This document shows positions 63,556 to 64,000 of a stretch of 64,000 nucleotides of DNA, one piece after another. Position 1 is the first letter of the stretch; each line of letters begins with the position of its first letter. Position numbers and translations under genes: made by a program. The stretch is from Methanomassiliicoccaceae archaeon UBA421 (GTDB taxonomy: Archaea > Thermoplasmatota > Thermoplasmata > Methanomassiliicoccales > Methanomethylophilaceae): positions 123,666 through 187,665 of the forward strand of contig DAHB01000004.1 of assembly GCA_002498365.1 (NCBI GenBank), given 5' to 3'. The notes beneath the pieces are model-generated. The model was given only the letters and a program-made list of their open reading frames with translations, did no database searches and was not told where the DNA came from.

Positions 63556-64000
63556 TTGACAACAGACAGGTACACTTTCACTTATGTGACGCTTTTCGGA
63601 AAGTTCAGCATAAGCGAAGACGGCGAGGGCAATATCTGCGGGCTATACCTGCCTTGCAACAACCTTCCCTGCGCCATAGACCGGGAGACGGAGGCGATAG
63701 CGGAGGCGGCCTCTCAGCTTAAGGAATATCTATCGGGGAGCAGAAGGGCCTTCGACGTTCCCCTTTCCTATGAGGGATCTGATTTTCAGACAGCGGTATG
63801 GAAAAGAATATTGGAGATACCCTACGGTAAGACGGCCACCTACAGCGAGATCGCGGAAGACATCGGAAGTCCGGGGGCGTCGAGAGCGGTCGGCACGGCC
63901 TGCGGCAAGAATGCGATACCCATCTTCATACCCTGCCATAGGGTCGTACCATCTTCCGGTGGCATCGGGTCGTATGCCGGAGGGAAGATAATGAAAAACA
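63556..64000 (+). CDS. ogt: methylated-DNA--protein-cysteine methyltransferase (Ogt/MGMT), 3' end beyond the window
   Basis: Hand translation from the TTG at 63556 gives ...FQTAVWKRILEIPYGKTATYSEIAEDIGSPGASRAVGTACGKNAIPIFIPCHRVV..., with the PCHR active site. Not in the ORF track because the frame is open at the window end. Confidence 0.88.
   Translation, partial: MTTDRYTFTYVTLFGKFSISEDGEGNICGLYLPCNNLPCAIDRETEAIAEAASQLKEYLSGSRRAFDVPLSYEGSDFQTAVWKRILEIPYGKTATYSEIAEDIGSPGASRAVGTACGKNAIPIFIPCHRVVPSSGGIGSYAGGKIMKN

Noticed and set aside
1-64000. Search for CRISPR arrays, cas genes, integrases, transposases, rRNA, inteins, tRNA introns, and in-frame TAG (pyrrolysine) genes.
   Set aside because: No regularly spaced direct repeats, no recognisable recombinase or cas motifs, no rRNA-like sequence and no split ORFs joined by TAG were seen. 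The three tRNAs fold without introns.

Overview
This is a densely packed archaeal chromosomal segment with about 65 protein genes, 3 tRNAs, no rRNA, no CRISPR array and no recognisable integrase or transposase. The archaeal assignment rests on sn-glycerol-1-phosphate dehydrogenase, membrane LonB, Hel308, KEOPS Cgi121, archaeal-type NMN adenylyltransferase and the thiolase/HMG-CoA synthase/DUF35 operon. Core content includes leuD/leuC/leuA-like genes, purC, thrB/thrC, aconitase, GlyRS, ValRS, a DEAD-box helicase and oxidative-stress genes (desulfoferrodoxin, Isf). There are three accessory-looking patches. (i) An OpuA-type betaine ABC transporter sits between tRNA-Pro and tRNA-Ile, flanked by unusually long non-coding stretches. 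(ii) Downstream of tRNA-Gly lie a BspA-type LRR surface protein, an arsR-acr3-arsM-arsC cluster, a cupin, a cysteine-less ArsD-like gene, an AlbA_2-type regulator and an AT-rich spacer full of a repeated motif. (iii) A menA-ubiE pair and a divergent DUF1848-ogt pair. The most notable observations are: none of the ~65 readable stop codons is TAG; a 4xCBS protein carries a C-terminal HPF/S30AE-like domain and sits between GlyRS and ValRS; the ValRS KMSKS motif reads PMHSS; and a long, possibly structured leader precedes the betaine transporter. I did not find a clear-cut multi-gene novel system, so the candidates are ranked by interest. All functional calls come from by-eye motif and family recognition. 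No searches or folding programs were run, and start codons are best guesses.
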